Origin: Phoronis australis
Taxonomy: Eukaryota > Animalia > Phoronida
Assembly (NCBI GenBank): GCA_002633005.1
Contig: NMRA01000315.1
Location: forward strand, 1 to 64,000
Direction of reading: 5' to 3'
DNA length: 64,000 nt
Below, one piece after another: positions 13,466 to 26,520 of the stretch (the first letter of the stretch is position 1; every line of letters starts with the position of its first letter). The notes under the pieces are model-generated. The model was not told the DNA's origin and made no database searches. It worked only from the letters and a program-made list of their open reading frames with translations. The translations under genes were made by a program, and so were the position numbers.

Positions 13466-14840
13466 CTATCTGTTTATTTCACAAATGGCATACGCCTTGT
13501 AGGAGCATGCGTCGTCGTCAAACTTGGAGTCGTGAGGACTGGCCTTTTCGTAGCGTAGAAACAGACACTTGTGCGTTTGTGACACACCTGCAATGATAGA
13601 CAAGTGATTTATGATTAACTGGGTCTATTTTTGTTCCATCGTCTCTCCCTTTTGTCCCAACAGTGGCATCTAGAGCAAAAGAAAAGCCCGACCGGGGCAT
13701 CCTACATGTAACAACTTCGCCACAACAGCCCCCCAGTTGCCTTGTGCTGTACTTCACTATTTTTGTTTTCTACCTCAACAAGCTGAGAAAAGTACATCTC
13801 CTGCAAACTGCTAAATATTGCGATAAATAACATAATCATAACTTGAAAACTGCAATATTCTATAGTGCATCAGTGGAAGAAGTTGTTCTTTCAATCGAAA
13901 GTATTGTTGAATTCACGAAATTATTGAAATTTTAAAATTCTGCCGAAAATTACCCACTTGGGAAGTTGGAGCAATTTAACAAATACGGGTGCTGAAATCG
14001 ATCGCTCGCAGTCTCAGGGAATTCCCATATATAAGGGTTTCCACCGCTTGGTCCAGGACCAAAACTGGATAGATTATAAGTTCCTTTCACTTGAAGCGGG
14101 CACTTCTAATGTTTGCATGAAACAGCTTAAAGAAACTATTGATTCTCCATATATGGGACTTCCATGGCATTTTGTCCTTACTTTGGAAACATTATCGACA
14201 GCCAAAGTCTTGGTTAAACAGCATAGCAAGCGCACTAGAGGGCGTAACACACCACTAGCAAATCTATTCACACTATGCGATGGCAAGATGGTTTTAAATC
14301 AATAAACTTACTTAGTGCAGCCCGATTATTGTATGTCAGTGGTGTTTTTGATTCAGTCCACACGAACTTCCCGTCGACATCGCGCCTTTTCGCGCCTATT
14401 GCATACCATCCTTCCAAATCAGGTCTTTTTCGCTGGTCCATCGCAGCCAGGACAGTATTAAGTTTTTCTCTTGACTGAAATTCTGCCAAGTGGCCATGAT
14501 CTTCCTTGCAGCGCTGAAGAGCTTCATCCCAGCTTATTTTATCGTAGATAAACTTAAAACAGCCGAATTCGTTTTTTATGAAACCGAAAGGGCATTGCGA
14601 TGTCGCAGTCACGAGTTTTTCGTTGATCTCATCAAAACGAGCAATCAATTTTGCCTCAAAAGCTTTTATTCCGCTACTGAGTTCATAGAATTTTGAGGTC
14701 GTCTCCCTCTGAATGTTTTGTAGCAGAACCTCTTGTTTCTGAAGCATGTCCACCAGCGGATTGCTAGGTGGAACATCTGTGGCGTGGAACCCAGAGACGG
14801 AAAAAGCAGACAACAACCCACAAACGATCAATGCCGCCAT
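13466..14840 (-). CDS. Secreted C-type lectin domain protein with N-terminal coiled coil, copy B (2 exons: 14840-14312, 13587-13466; 216 aa)
   Basis: Same structure as copy A. Donor A|GTAAGT, acceptor cattgcag. Exon 2 reads SVSQTHKCLFLRYEKASPHDSKFDDDACSYKAYAICEINR*. 16 aa differences from copy A by manual comparison. Confidence 0.9.
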
Positions 14841-14894
14841 GACTTACTTCTACGAAAGTATGTCTAACGACTGCGAGATAATAGCGGGCAAAAG

Positions 14895-14902
14895 TTTATA
14901 TA
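14895..14902 (-). promoter_or_regulatory. Candidate TATA box of lectin copy B
   Basis: TATATAAA on the minus strand about 55 nt upstream of the ATG, with an Inr-like GCAGT roughly 25-30 nt downstream of it. Confidence 0.5.
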
Positions 14903-14937
14903 CGCATTGTAAAAAGGTGACAGTTGGCAGGCCCCTA

Positions 14938-15043
14938 NNNNNNNNNNNNNNNNNNNNNNNNNNNNNNNNNNNNNNNNNNNNNNNNNNNNNNNNNNNNNNN
15001 NNNNNNNNNNNNNNNNNNNNNNNNNNNNNNNNNNNNNNNNNNN
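14938..15043. other. Assembly gap (N run)
   Basis: Run of N upstream of lectin copy B. Confidence 1.
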
Positions 15044-16261
15044 TTCGCGTAAAACTTCCAGCCCCAGCCAGAAAGGATGTAGTTGAGCAACAACAAATGT
15101 TTACTACTATTAACAAAAACAGTAACAATTTCGAAGCTTTTCGTGCTTCTGATTCAAAGCGCTTCACGTAAGATCACAACACCAAGACGCACTGATACGT
15201 CGTCAAATGTAACAATTTCGTATCATATTACAATTAACTGTTACATTTTAGGTCATTGTTACATTTTACGTTGCTAAGCTTCTCCTAAAACGTACCATTT
15301 TATTTAGTGGTTACATTACACGTCGAACGCTCATGCGATAAATGTACCATTGATATATTTTACGAAATTCACGTCATATTGCAAAGAAAATGACCAAAAT
15401 CAAGAACCATTGTTATCTGACACGGCCAAGGAAGACATTTACAGCATCCATCAATGAAGATCGCCACATGTACTTTGCCTCAAACACAAAATGAAATTAT
15501 CGAAATTATTGGAAAACACGTCAAGGAAGCCGATACATGTAGTTAAAAAGGAAATAAACAATGCAAAATTCGATTCCGTCATGGCTTTGTTCGTACAGTT
15601 AATAGGTACCGATGACAGCATTCGAGAAGAGTTGCTAGAAATCTGTCTTTGTAATCTTGCATACACATATAACCTGCAAACACGTATGTGAATGCATTAT
15701 GGGTGCCTTGGATAGGATCGTTGGCGATCAGGCAAACTCACCCGAATGCTCTATTGTAGCCTTTTTCATCTCGTCGTTGCAATGCGCAAAGCACTGAAAG
15801 TGTAACTTGCAACATAAATATTGAGTTAAATAGATTGTACGTCTGTTATTGCATTTGCCGTACCAACTTATTATTTTTTGGAAAGTGAAGCATTGAAAAA
15901 TTATTGCGTCGCTTACTTGTTTACTTTTTACCGGTACAGGGACGATGCCAGTTTTTGCGAAACATCAAAAGATCCACCGTCCTCCAGGAGTGGATCCAGG
16001 ATTTTGAGTTGGGTGGAGAGGTTCCAGGGCAGAGTATTAGCCAGGATTATACTCGGTCAGACTTTCGTACCTCTTTACTGCCAAATGGAATGGAATATGG
16101 GGGAATTTTAGGGGGCCACGGCTTCCTTGCCCCCCCTTAAATCTGCCACTGAGAACATCCCCTCGCGTAATCCTGGTGTACAATCAAAAACGCTAGGACC
16201 TATGCTAGGTCCTAGATAAAATCTCGTCAAAGTCACGTGTTCTCATTTAAAATATGCTGTA

Positions 16262-16990
16262 ATATCTCGTGTAATCTCGCGTAGTCTTGCTTTTTTGCGA
16301 GGTCCTAGCGTTACTGAACGGGAGGCTGGTGACAGGCCTCGTTGACACGTGCGCTAAATTTACATTCCTAAGCAATTTCCTCCTGTGACAAGATCAGCAG
16401 AAAATCTCTCTTAACTTTTTCTTTCAAAATTTCGGACACGACAAAATAAAAAAGTTTCTGACCGACAGTCATCGCAAAATGCTTATCTACACTGGTCAGT
16501 GCTCAAAGTAGCCTATTTAACTTTTTTGTATAATTACCCAATAGCAATTTGGGCGTGATTCCAGGAACTCCCTCATTTTCTTCACTCAAGCCACTGTTTG
16601 TGTGAGTGATATCTCGTGTAATCTCGCGAAGTCTTGCTTTTTAGCTAGGTCTTAGAGTTGTTGAACGTGAGGCTGGTTACAGGCCTCGTTGGCACGTGCG
16701 CTAAATTTGCATTCATTCCAACATCCTCCTGTGACAAGAAAGAAAGCTTTTGGCAGTGACAAAATGACGACACATCAGCAGAAAATCTCTCTCAACTTTT
16801 TCTTTCAAAATTTCAGCCACAAAATAGGAAAGTTTCTGACCGACAGTCATCGCAAAACGCTTATCTACACTGGTCAGTGCACAAAAATAAACTAATTACA
16901 CGTTATTCGATTTAACTTTTTTTTTCCTCCAATAACAATTTGATTCCAGGAACTCCCTCGTTTTCTCCACTCAAGCCACTGTTTGTGAGT
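16262..16990. repeat. Local tandem duplication of about 350 bp, specific to the right unit
   Basis: atatctcgtgtaatctcgcg ... caagccactgtttgtg occurs twice (about 16262-16605 and 16609-16990); single copy at about 3022-3395. Confidence 0.85.
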
Positions 16991-17282
16991 GAGGAAGCGC
17001 ACCAACCAGTTTTCACATTTTGAGAAGTTTTATACCTTTCCGTTTCATTTTGAAGTAGAGTTTACGTTCCTCTTCGACAAATTTCGACCTGTCGGTAGAA
17101 GTTCCCGCCTCATTTTTCTTTGGGGGTTTTCGTTCACAAAATAGTAATTTCTGATCGGTAGTCACCGAAATGGCTCGTGTACCTTGGTCAGAGCTTAAAG
17201 TAATTTGACTTTCTCAACCAAGTATGATTGTTTAAGCTGAAGGGGGAATTCTATACGTTCATCTCATAAGAAACTAGGAACC

Positions 17283-17513
17283 CATGCGCGTACCCAGCCT
17301 AAAATGATAGGGGTTCGAGTTTTTGAGCACTTGGACCTTTGACTAAAAAAACTGAGTACGGTCTGAACTATGAATTGTGCATTCGCCGAACTTTGGTAGT
17401 TCCTGCCTTTTTAGTGGACTTTGTCCCTTTTTTATTTTGTTTCTCTGAGGTGGACCACTTCGCCTCGGAGGGGCTCGTTTGAGCCTCCCGAACACCCCCT
17501 GGGTGATTATATG
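17283..17513. mobile_element. MITE, CATGCGCG-ACCCA-type termini, specific to the right unit
   Basis: catgcgcgtacccagcc ... ccccctgggtgattatatg; interior matches 5073-5335; absent near 3,690. Confidence 0.75.
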
Positions 17514-20500
17514 AAACTAGCTCAGTGGTACCTGAAATAAGGCTTGGGTGACATCATCTGTGGAAGCTTCAGGATGAACTGTTGACATGATGACTGTACA
17601 TATGCGATCAGTTAGTGATTATTGATTTACATGTAAGTAGATAAATCCTTCTTTTTTCTGGATTTGAAATCTTTGAAATTGAGATTAGGCAAGATTTTAC
17701 GAATTATAATTTTTTTTTTCAATAAACTCGTTTAGTTTTAATCGACGATGTCACAACGTCTAATAAATATTCATTATGAAAGTGCCACGTGACCAATTTT
17801 ACCTCAGGTCAAGCAACTGCCCTGTTTCGGTGATTCCAACCAACCCTCGTTATGTCTCCCGATGTTGCATTGGCGTCTCAGTTCAGTGATGAAAGCAGGA
17901 TTCAACTAAAACAAATATTGTGTGCGCCATTGAATTTACATTATGGTTCGTAGTGGGTTGCCGTGTAATTCGCCTAAAGCGTACAGGAATGTTACGCTTG
18001 CTCGTTTAGCAGACGTATGACTTGAGGAGTTCTTCAAATTTTGCTCCAAATATTTGAGGGTTGTCGAGTACAGTGGAGAGATATTTTGTTTCAGGAAATT
18101 AGATGAGAAAGTTGTTGTTGATAAATGTTAATGGCCCAAATCGGGTTTGAGGTCCTATTAGGCGCTGGGTTGTTTTCCATAGGGTCAAGACACTCGCGAA
18201 ACACTTGCGTCGAACAATCTTCGCTTATGGAACGGAAACATTACATCCCATTCACAAACATTTTAAGTTTGGCCTGCACGCCACCTGTTGGCAACATCAC
18301 GTGACCTAATGAACATAAGTCCGAAAAGATTTCTACCCCCTACCGGGACTCGAACCCAGGACCTTCTGCTAACCGTGGCAAACAGGTGGCGTGCAGACCA
18401 GACTTAAAATGTTTGTGATCTATATTTCCATGTCGGTTAAAGATTTACTCAGTTGCGGATTTAGAGGGGGGCCATGGTCCCCATAAAATTCTCCCAGATT
18501 CCATTTGGCAGTTCGGGGGTGCGAATGTCTGACGGGCAGAATCCTGGCAAATACTCCTCCTTGCCCCCCAATTCAAAATCCTAGATCCGCCCCTGTTACA
18601 TATAGTATATCCCTTTATTCAACATTCCAAATTCATCCCAATCCTCTTTAAGTGGCCGTCATTTTGCTCTACCGTCTGCAACAACCAGACGGTGATGTGA
18701 AAATGCAGGTGCTTGTCACTTCAGCATAACAGTCGTACGTTGAACGATATTCCTGTATACATGTATGAGTTACGGCAGGTGTTTAGTGTTTTTGTTTCAT
18801 AAAAAGTAATCTTTTTCATGAACTTCAATGTTTGCGGTTGTTGAAATAGATAGTAATCTTAGAAACGTGAGGAATTTCATTTGGATTTACAGTGTAGTAC
18901 AGCGTCGACGACTGTCACAATGGGCCTAACCTCACCTTTACACTATACTGCTGTAAAACAATCAGAAGCCAATATTTCATAGTCACGTGCTGGCATTTTG
19001 GATAAATAAGTGAGAATCTTTCCTTTGCAGAACACACGAGTTCTTTTCATTAAATTTATGTAGAAGCCTAGAAAACTGCCCACCTTTGGAACACCGTGTC
19101 TCAGAAATGGTTCATCAAAACCATATGAAACTTTCAAATAGTATGTTTTGTCCACTGTTTTACAAACCGTTGTTACGATTGTTTTCAAAATGTTCCACTT
19201 CAGCATGTGGGGCTATCGAAAATAGGACTGACATGAATCTCATGAAAAAAATATAAATTAGAAAACTTTCAAACGATATTTTTGAGATTTTATTTTGTAC
19301 AGTTATGAGATACAAAATTTTGTCATGTTATTGATCCTGGTGTTTTGCCATAAATTTGCCTTTCTTTTTTGCTAAATTTTACTAAAATGATAAGGTCACG
19401 TGACCTAACAACTGGCAGATTGGTATTAAGTAAAAAATCAAACTCTACGTACTTTCTGCTTTAAGGAAATATGTAATTTTGCTAATTTAAACCCTGTAGT
19501 TCTGTAGATATTTGGCTAAACATAGAGACTTGCTGATAAGGTCCTGCATAACCTTAAGGTTTTTGGAGTCACCAGCTGACATCTAATGGAGTTTTCATAT
19601 GTAGCGTATCATGAACTCAGCAGGGCGGTAGGAAGCGGAGGGGGGGGGGGTGCACATTAAAGTTAAATCGTGGCTTCCAGCATAGGGGTGTGGCCGAGGG
19701 CGGTAGAGAGAAGAAAGGCAGTTAAACATGGAGAAGAGAGTAAGTTAAAGAGAGCACTTGGCAACTATCAGCTCTTGCTTTACTCTTTGAGTCGGACAGC
19801 CCTGACCAGAACGCTGTTGTTAGGGGGGCCCCATTTTTCAGCATAGATAGTCTAAATGCATTTGAAAACGTGCACTTGTAAAGCACAGCCTTTACAAAGC
19901 ATAAAATTATAATAATGGATTTTTCAAGACAATTTAAGGAATGCAAAACTATATTTCTCCAGAGACTCCTTTCTGTCAAGGAATAATGGAGTAATCTGTC
20001 GCTGAGCTGTGTTTTTCGTTGTTTATCGAAATTGTACATCGCTCGATAAAAATTGACAAACTAACATATAACACCAATTGCTGCTCATTTCCTGCTTTTT
20101 TGAAATTATACATCCTTTCGTATTTAGATGCCCATCCCGTGGAGGTGGTCCGTTGATGGCATCCATGCGTTCATCCTGTTCGTGTTTTATTGACACTTCC
20201 TAAGTGGACACTAACGAAAAGATGGACAAACGGTGGAACTGATTGCCTCTATTTTCCTGTTTTGCGAACACAAACAACCTTTCATGTTAAGGATGGTCAT
20301 CTTTTGGAGGGTTACTCGATGACGAAAGTAACTGACACTCTTTTCTATTTGTTAATAATATTTAGCTTTTAAGACGGGGTCCTCTCTCGGAGTAGGGCCC
20401 AGGGCCGTGCTATAAATCCGGAACTGTCAACAATTCACAAGGCGACGAAGATGAGATTCTAAACACTTTATCTCTCATTGTTCTGCATTGAGATTGCTAA

Positions 20501-21753
20501 TGGACATCTAATTTGTGTCTGAAATTTCGAAAGAAAAAATGAAGAATTTTTTGCCGATTCGTTGCCATTTTGTCACTGACAAAAGCTTTCTTTCTGGTCA
20601 AGTGAGGATGTTAAGAAGGAATGAAAATTTAGCCACTTGCCAATCAAGCCCTTAGCTAGGACTTCAAGAGAGGAAGTTCGCAGTTCTAGAACGGTAGATC
20701 TTTTGATGATTGGTCGCAAAATTGGTGTTGATCCTGTGTACCGGTAGCGTGCCTAAGAAACTACCAAAGTGAGCGATGCGATAACTTTTCAATAGTTCAT
20801 TGTCAAAAAATACAGTTGATAGAGAAAACGTAGTAATAGTTCATTTTTGTATGAGTCAAAAGTCAATATACATGTTGTAAGTTCCACTTTCAGTATTTTG
20901 CGTATTTAAATGACGAGATATACAAGGGTACAAGAGAGTGTTCACGTAGGACTGCCTGGACGCCAGCGAGTCCATCCAAGGTTCAACTACGTGTGTTTTG
21001 CATGTAAATATCCAAATATATTTTAAGATAACTCACAAGTGAAAATAATCACTAATTCCACTTTTAGGGTTACAAATTGACGATATCGTGGAAATTACAT
21101 CTCCAATATTTCAGTCACAAGCTATCTCTGAAACACATCTCCAACTCATATCTTGAAGCAAATTTATTGGATGCTAACTTTATCCACCTTCATTACGAAG
21201 CATGTGCCAGGACATACAATAAGTGCGGTCGCGTAAAAACCATAAAAGGCGGGCACAGCTCCAGTCTGAACAAAGAAAAGTAATGCTCATTCTCAACCAC
21301 TATGTTGTGACTTAAATGTTTTGTTATTAGATGAAATTTGTAACATTGCCTGCCGCCTACGTTAAGTTACTACACTACATAATCAACAGTTCTTCTCCAA
21401 CCGGATATTTCCGAAATAACTTCGTCTTTATGGATTCTTTCTTCACTAATAACTTGAATGGGACTGCACACCGGAATGTTTACGCCCCCTCGCGGCTTAC
21501 TGACTTTGCTACAGCCCTACCTCACATGGTCCGCGCAGGTAGAGAGATAATTTATATTTAACAAGTTATCTACATGTATGTACAGTAGTTGGGTTGTTCA
21601 AGCCCATCTCCAGTCCGCTCAGCAAGATCCAGGACGAGCTCGCATTTCCTGAGAAGTTGCTGCCAAGTGTATCACTGTTCTTTAGTTGATGCCTCACGTG
21701 ATCACATCATGGGAACGTCACGCCATCTCCAAACAGACTGATGGAATTTGACT

Positions 21754-24700
21754 TCATTGTATCCCCACTAAGCGCTCGCTCACGCTCCAAAGTCGTTTTC
21801 TAAGAGGTGCGTCATTCACCATTACTGTCTCTGTTGCAACACAGCAGTTGTCATAGTAACATCCCGAAACTACGTCATCCGCTACGGCGCAATGGATTGT
21901 GGTTTGTGCACCTTCACAAGGAGTCTATGGAATGGAAACATGATATACATTTATAAATATATCTGCAACTCCATCATTTGAGACAAAACACCCGCCGGGC
22001 ATATATTTCAATGCTCTGTAATGGGTTAATAACTTCTAAAAATCGTTAATATCAAGGGTATGCCTTTACACTAATATCATCAATGAAAAACAATTTCAAA
22101 AATGGTTTGTTCACTGGTCACATCTCACGATAATTACCTTCAGTAGTCTAGCCTTGGCCAGCAAACTAAACACCTTGTCTACTACGGGGTTGTGTCGCGT
22201 GACTTCTGTTTTAACAATTCCTGGATGTAGACTCAGCACCACGACACCTGAGGAACATTCAAAGAACATTAAGATGCTTCGATACGTGCAGAAAAAATCA
22301 ATAAACCAGCGGAGTCTCGTGTGCACTAGTCAAAGTAAAAGCCGCGTTAGCTTGCGCGTTGTTTCTTAGAGAATTTTAAAGTTGAGTTTTGAAATTCCTG
22401 GAGGTGCACCAACAAAATGGCCGCCTCCGCGGAATGATGAAAATGGCAAAGATCAATGCGGATTTTAGTTATGATCGGTAGACATCGTTCAGTTTCGACA
22501 GCTACTGATATAATTGTGGCCTTCGAACAACATTGCTCAGATTGGACGACATATTGTTTGGCTTCTCTTAATGGGGTATGACATCACTCATTTCCATACG
22601 CTTATTGTTGTCATCAACATTGCAATTTCGTTCATAGGGTTTGTTTGCAGAAAACGTCACAGTGATAAGTTACAATTACAAGAAAAACTGGTGAAGTGAC
22701 AAACATAGGGCAAGTATAAAAGAGGTATTTATTTTAATAGCAATAAACCGATTTTAATTATTACTGTGATTTTCTCATTTATTTGCACCGCAATCCAACA
22801 CAACTTAGTGACTATCCAGAAATAAATACAGGTACTGTGCGGCTATAACAAACTCTCTAACTTGTACTAACCTGTTTCCGACAACCGTTCGGCGAGCTCT
22901 TTCGAGAACAAAATCTGCGCCAACTTTGTGTCCCTATACACTAAATAAGGACGGAAGTCTCGAACAGAGAACAAGTCGTCGAAATTAATCTTTGCTTGCT
23001 TCAAATGCATGCTGGATGAGACGTTAATTATGCGACACGGCGCTGACCTTTTTAGAATATCTGTAAAACGATCACGTATTGTCACAACACGTACATTTCT
23101 TTCAGGCTTATAAAAAGGTACACAATCAACGTCGGTACACCTTTCAGGCTTTGCCTGCGTGCAAAATAAATTTGATATGGAATGTTCAAATAAAATTATA
23201 GAAATTTAAGAACGCTCTACTTGTTGACAGTAAATTTGTGGTATAAGAAAGATATTTTATTAGTCGTCGCGGCTCATTATGAATTGTGATACGTGTGCAA
23301 CTGTACACACACTCAAGTGAAAAGCATGCAGAAAACAGGCCACAGACGAACTTGACCTCTAATGGTTTGTAAGATTCATATGGAAACTGTGTAAAGTACA
23401 CGTGGATGAATATTATTTTTTGTAAATTAATGCCATACCTAATAGTAAATAGGTCATCAGGAAATGACCTAGATAATTGGTAGCCCAGGTAAGCTCTAAT
23501 CCATCTTCAGTCATTGTCAGCGGTAAACCTAAAACGAAACGAAATCTGATTCACGTGAAAAGCAGGTTGCACGAAGGACGATCTCTTTATAGCTAAGCTA
23601 AGTGCACTGTCGCAAGAGGCGTCGACCATAATTTTGGTGACATTATTTTTCCTTTGGTCGAGTCCGTAGATGGAACATGCCCACCTCACCCCCTAAATCC
23701 GACTGTTTTGGATAATAATTGTTTTGCAAGAATGTACAACAAATCCAGAGCAATATAGAGGGTCTATCTTTATCAAGCCATGAATGCGCTCGAAAAGAAC
23801 ACTGTACGTGCAACTTTCGAATTCTTTTACGAACTTTATCAATCACATTATTTCGTTCCATTTATACGTCGGTTATTTTTCCATCGTAGGATCATTGAAT
23901 TTAGTAAAAAGGTTTAGCAGTAATAATGTATGATTGTTAAAGCTGTCTCACGACATTGACACCGTAAAGGTATTTGATTCTTGACGACTTTGATGACTTA
24001 GGACACACACTCTTCAGAATATTAATACAAAATATCGCACAACGTCCACTTTATCGCGTACATTTTATAAACAATATCTCGTTGCACGTCTTGGCTGTGT
24101 TTCGTGTGTTCAGACCTACCAGATACCCCAGCATTGTTGATCAAGATGTCCAACCGATTTTCATCCATCAAGAACGAATCACAGAACTCCCTGACTGACT
24201 TCATTGAACTGGTGTCACAGAGTCTGCACTCGACATTTCCGTTTCCGGTTTCTGCGATTATTTTGTCTACTGCTCGCTTTCCTTTCTCTTTATTTCTGCA
24301 CACCAGTATAACTCGTGCATTTCGTTTTGCTAAATCCAGTGCAGTCTCAAATCCTATTCCTGGAAATGCGGATGCGTAAAGAAGCTGAGTTGCACGTACA
24401 CGATTGCTAGGGTCAATTTAAGCTTTTAAAGATAGCGAAAATCGACGCGCGTCAGGCGATGGTGAGATCGATACGCTTGCATTTGATTTTGGATTGATGC
24501 TACCCGTTAAATGCTACCTGTTAAATTGTATGAATAATAAACTGAGCATCTGGCTAATTGCAATGCTACTAGAAGCGATCTCTACATATCACATATCAAC
24601 ATCTGCTTGCGTCGCCGATCGAATTGGGACTCATCTGAAAATTAACGCCAGTCGTGCTCTTATCAGCAGAAATATTTCTGCCAACTTTCATACTGATCCT

Positions 24701-25033
24701 TTGAGTGGTTTGGCCTGACATAGAGAGGAGGACGACAAAAACAGACTAAAGAACAATAAAAATGGCCAACAGATGTCATGGCACCGCAATACGTCGAATC
24801 TGACCGAAAATGGAAAGGCATTGTCGTCAGGAGACGACGATAACATGAATAAGCGAAGTGCTGCTATTGGGGATGTACATACCTGTATTGGCACCGGTGA
24901 TAACGACCACTTTATCAGTAAGATCTTTTTCACTTGTGCACTGATGTTTGTTAATGTTCGCGTAAATGACGAAGAGTAGGATGCCGACACAACAAACAGA
25001 TAGGACTGTGATCATTATTGAAATGAAAACCAT
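21754..25033 (-). CDS. Retinol dehydrogenase 11/12/13-like short-chain dehydrogenase/reductase (6 exons: 25033-24883, 24359-24120, 23528-23439, 23060-22872, 22247-22138, 21924-21754; 316 aa)
   Basis: N-terminal hydrophobic anchor; VVITGANTGIGFETA (TGxxxGIG), LDILINNAG, TNYLGHFL, RIINVSS, catalytic YRDTK, LHPGIVKT, TPCEGAQTTIHCA, LWSVSERLV. All junctions are GT-AG and phase-consistent (951 nt). Confidence 0.93.
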
Positions 25034-26265
25034 TTCGTTAAGCTGGATTCTGCAAGTGCAAGAAAAGATTGTGGAGTAATTTTGAGAATTACGCGAAAAG
25101 ACAATAACTGTGCAAGGTCTCGTTCTCGATCGCCTTCCGGGCGTTCTCGATCGCGGGTTGGCCGGGGTGTGTCTGCTCAGTTGTTAAATCACGGTGCTGT
25201 CCTTCGTAAGTGGTTGACAAAACGATACACAGGAGTTTCTGAATGTAAACAAGGATGACAACATTATGGGAAACAAACAAGAACACAGTGACATAAAAAC
25301 TGAATTACAAGCCGGAGAGACAAGACATTAGAAGTCCTTGCGCGCGCGACACATGAGCACGCACCGAAGAAGTCACGTGATGCGAACATGGCAGCGGTCA
25401 CACTAAACCAAATAACCTAATATGATAAAAAGCGTCAAATATGACCATAATGTTTTTGGAACAACTTTTGTTGTCACCGCACTTACTTAAACAGTGCTTC
25501 AGTCACGCACAGCACGACGTGCAGATATACGTGAAAGACGCTCAAAAACATGTGGGCCCATTCGTGAGAGTCATTTTTGCCGAATATTTACACTTTATTT
25601 CAAGATTCCGTAAAAGTTATCGCATGAAGGCAAAAATAGCGGAAATTTTTTATCATTTAATTTTTCGGAATATATTTGGGAAAAAAGTCAAGTGCGCGCT
25701 TAGGCATTTCAAACATTTGCACTATACACATGTACATTCAGGTAGTCACTTTCGTCGACACCTCTTTGCATTTGACAGTCCTTGCCTCCGGAATGCATTG
25801 ACGCATACAGACTGTGCACGGACTTATCTCAGTTCAAATTTGAAATTTAAGGATACGAAACCCGGTTTTGGCCTATTAACAAAAATTCCATGAACAAAAT
25901 AATGCTCTATAACCCTCGACAACCTTAAAAATTGGAGGAAATTTTGAAAACTCCTTTCGAAGTCTTCTTACCGCGCTAGCGTGATTTGCGGTTTTAGCGA
26001 ATTAAACGGCAACTTTGGGCAAAGACCACCCACCAAGACCCATCCAATCTGCGACTGCGGCGAGTATACGTTTTTAGTTGATTCATGCCTTTACCTTTCA
26101 AGATTGACGCCAATGATACATTAGCAGGTAACAGAACGAGGATTGGTTGAAATTGTTAAAAAGGGTTTAGAATCCCTTTAACACAAGACACTACTTACGT
26201 ATACTTACAAGTTTAGGTAAGATGACTCTCAGTGTTTAGTCTTGTTTGTTTTCTGAAGTCGACTG

Positions 26266-26423
26266 CAGAGGCGGATTCAGGATTTTGAGTTGAAAGGGGC
26301 ATGGTAGATTATTAGCCAGGATTTTGCCCGTCAGACATTTGCACCCCCGAACTGCCAAATGGAATCTGAGAGAATTTTAGGGGGGCCACTGGCCCCTAGG
26401 CCCCACCTCTGAATCCGTCACTG
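26266..26423. mobile_element. MITE with 5-bp TSD GACTG (hAT5-like)
   Basis: gactg|cagaggcggattca ... tgaatccgtcactg|gactg. Confidence 0.85.
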
Positions 26424-26428
26424 GACTG

Positions 26429-26520
26429 ATGGTCTGGACTAGAACGTCTGCACTGTTAGCAGAAAGTCCCATAGGTTCGAGTCCAACTGAGACAGGTATC
26501 ACGTGATATGACCAACATAA
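26429..26520 (+). mobile_element. tRNA-derived SINE-like head
   Basis: ctgttagcagaaagtcccataGGTTCGAGTCCaactgag; similar to the 4490-4565(-) element. Confidence 0.5.

Larger units (their letters stand above)
12839..23640. repeat. Tandem segmental duplication, right unit
   Basis: Colinear with the left unit from 13,099 on; ends within intron 2 of the intact RDH-like gene. Confidence 0.9.

Noticed and set aside
13774-13782. Possible 9-nt microexon (tttctcag|CTTGTTGAG|gtag) in the lectin B intron
   Set aside because: It would add an in-frame TGA, and the acceptor is absent in copy A
25441-25893. 150-aa ORF divergent from the RDH-like gene
   Set aside because: No recognisable domain, composition typical of AT-rich noncoding DNA, and no splice support found
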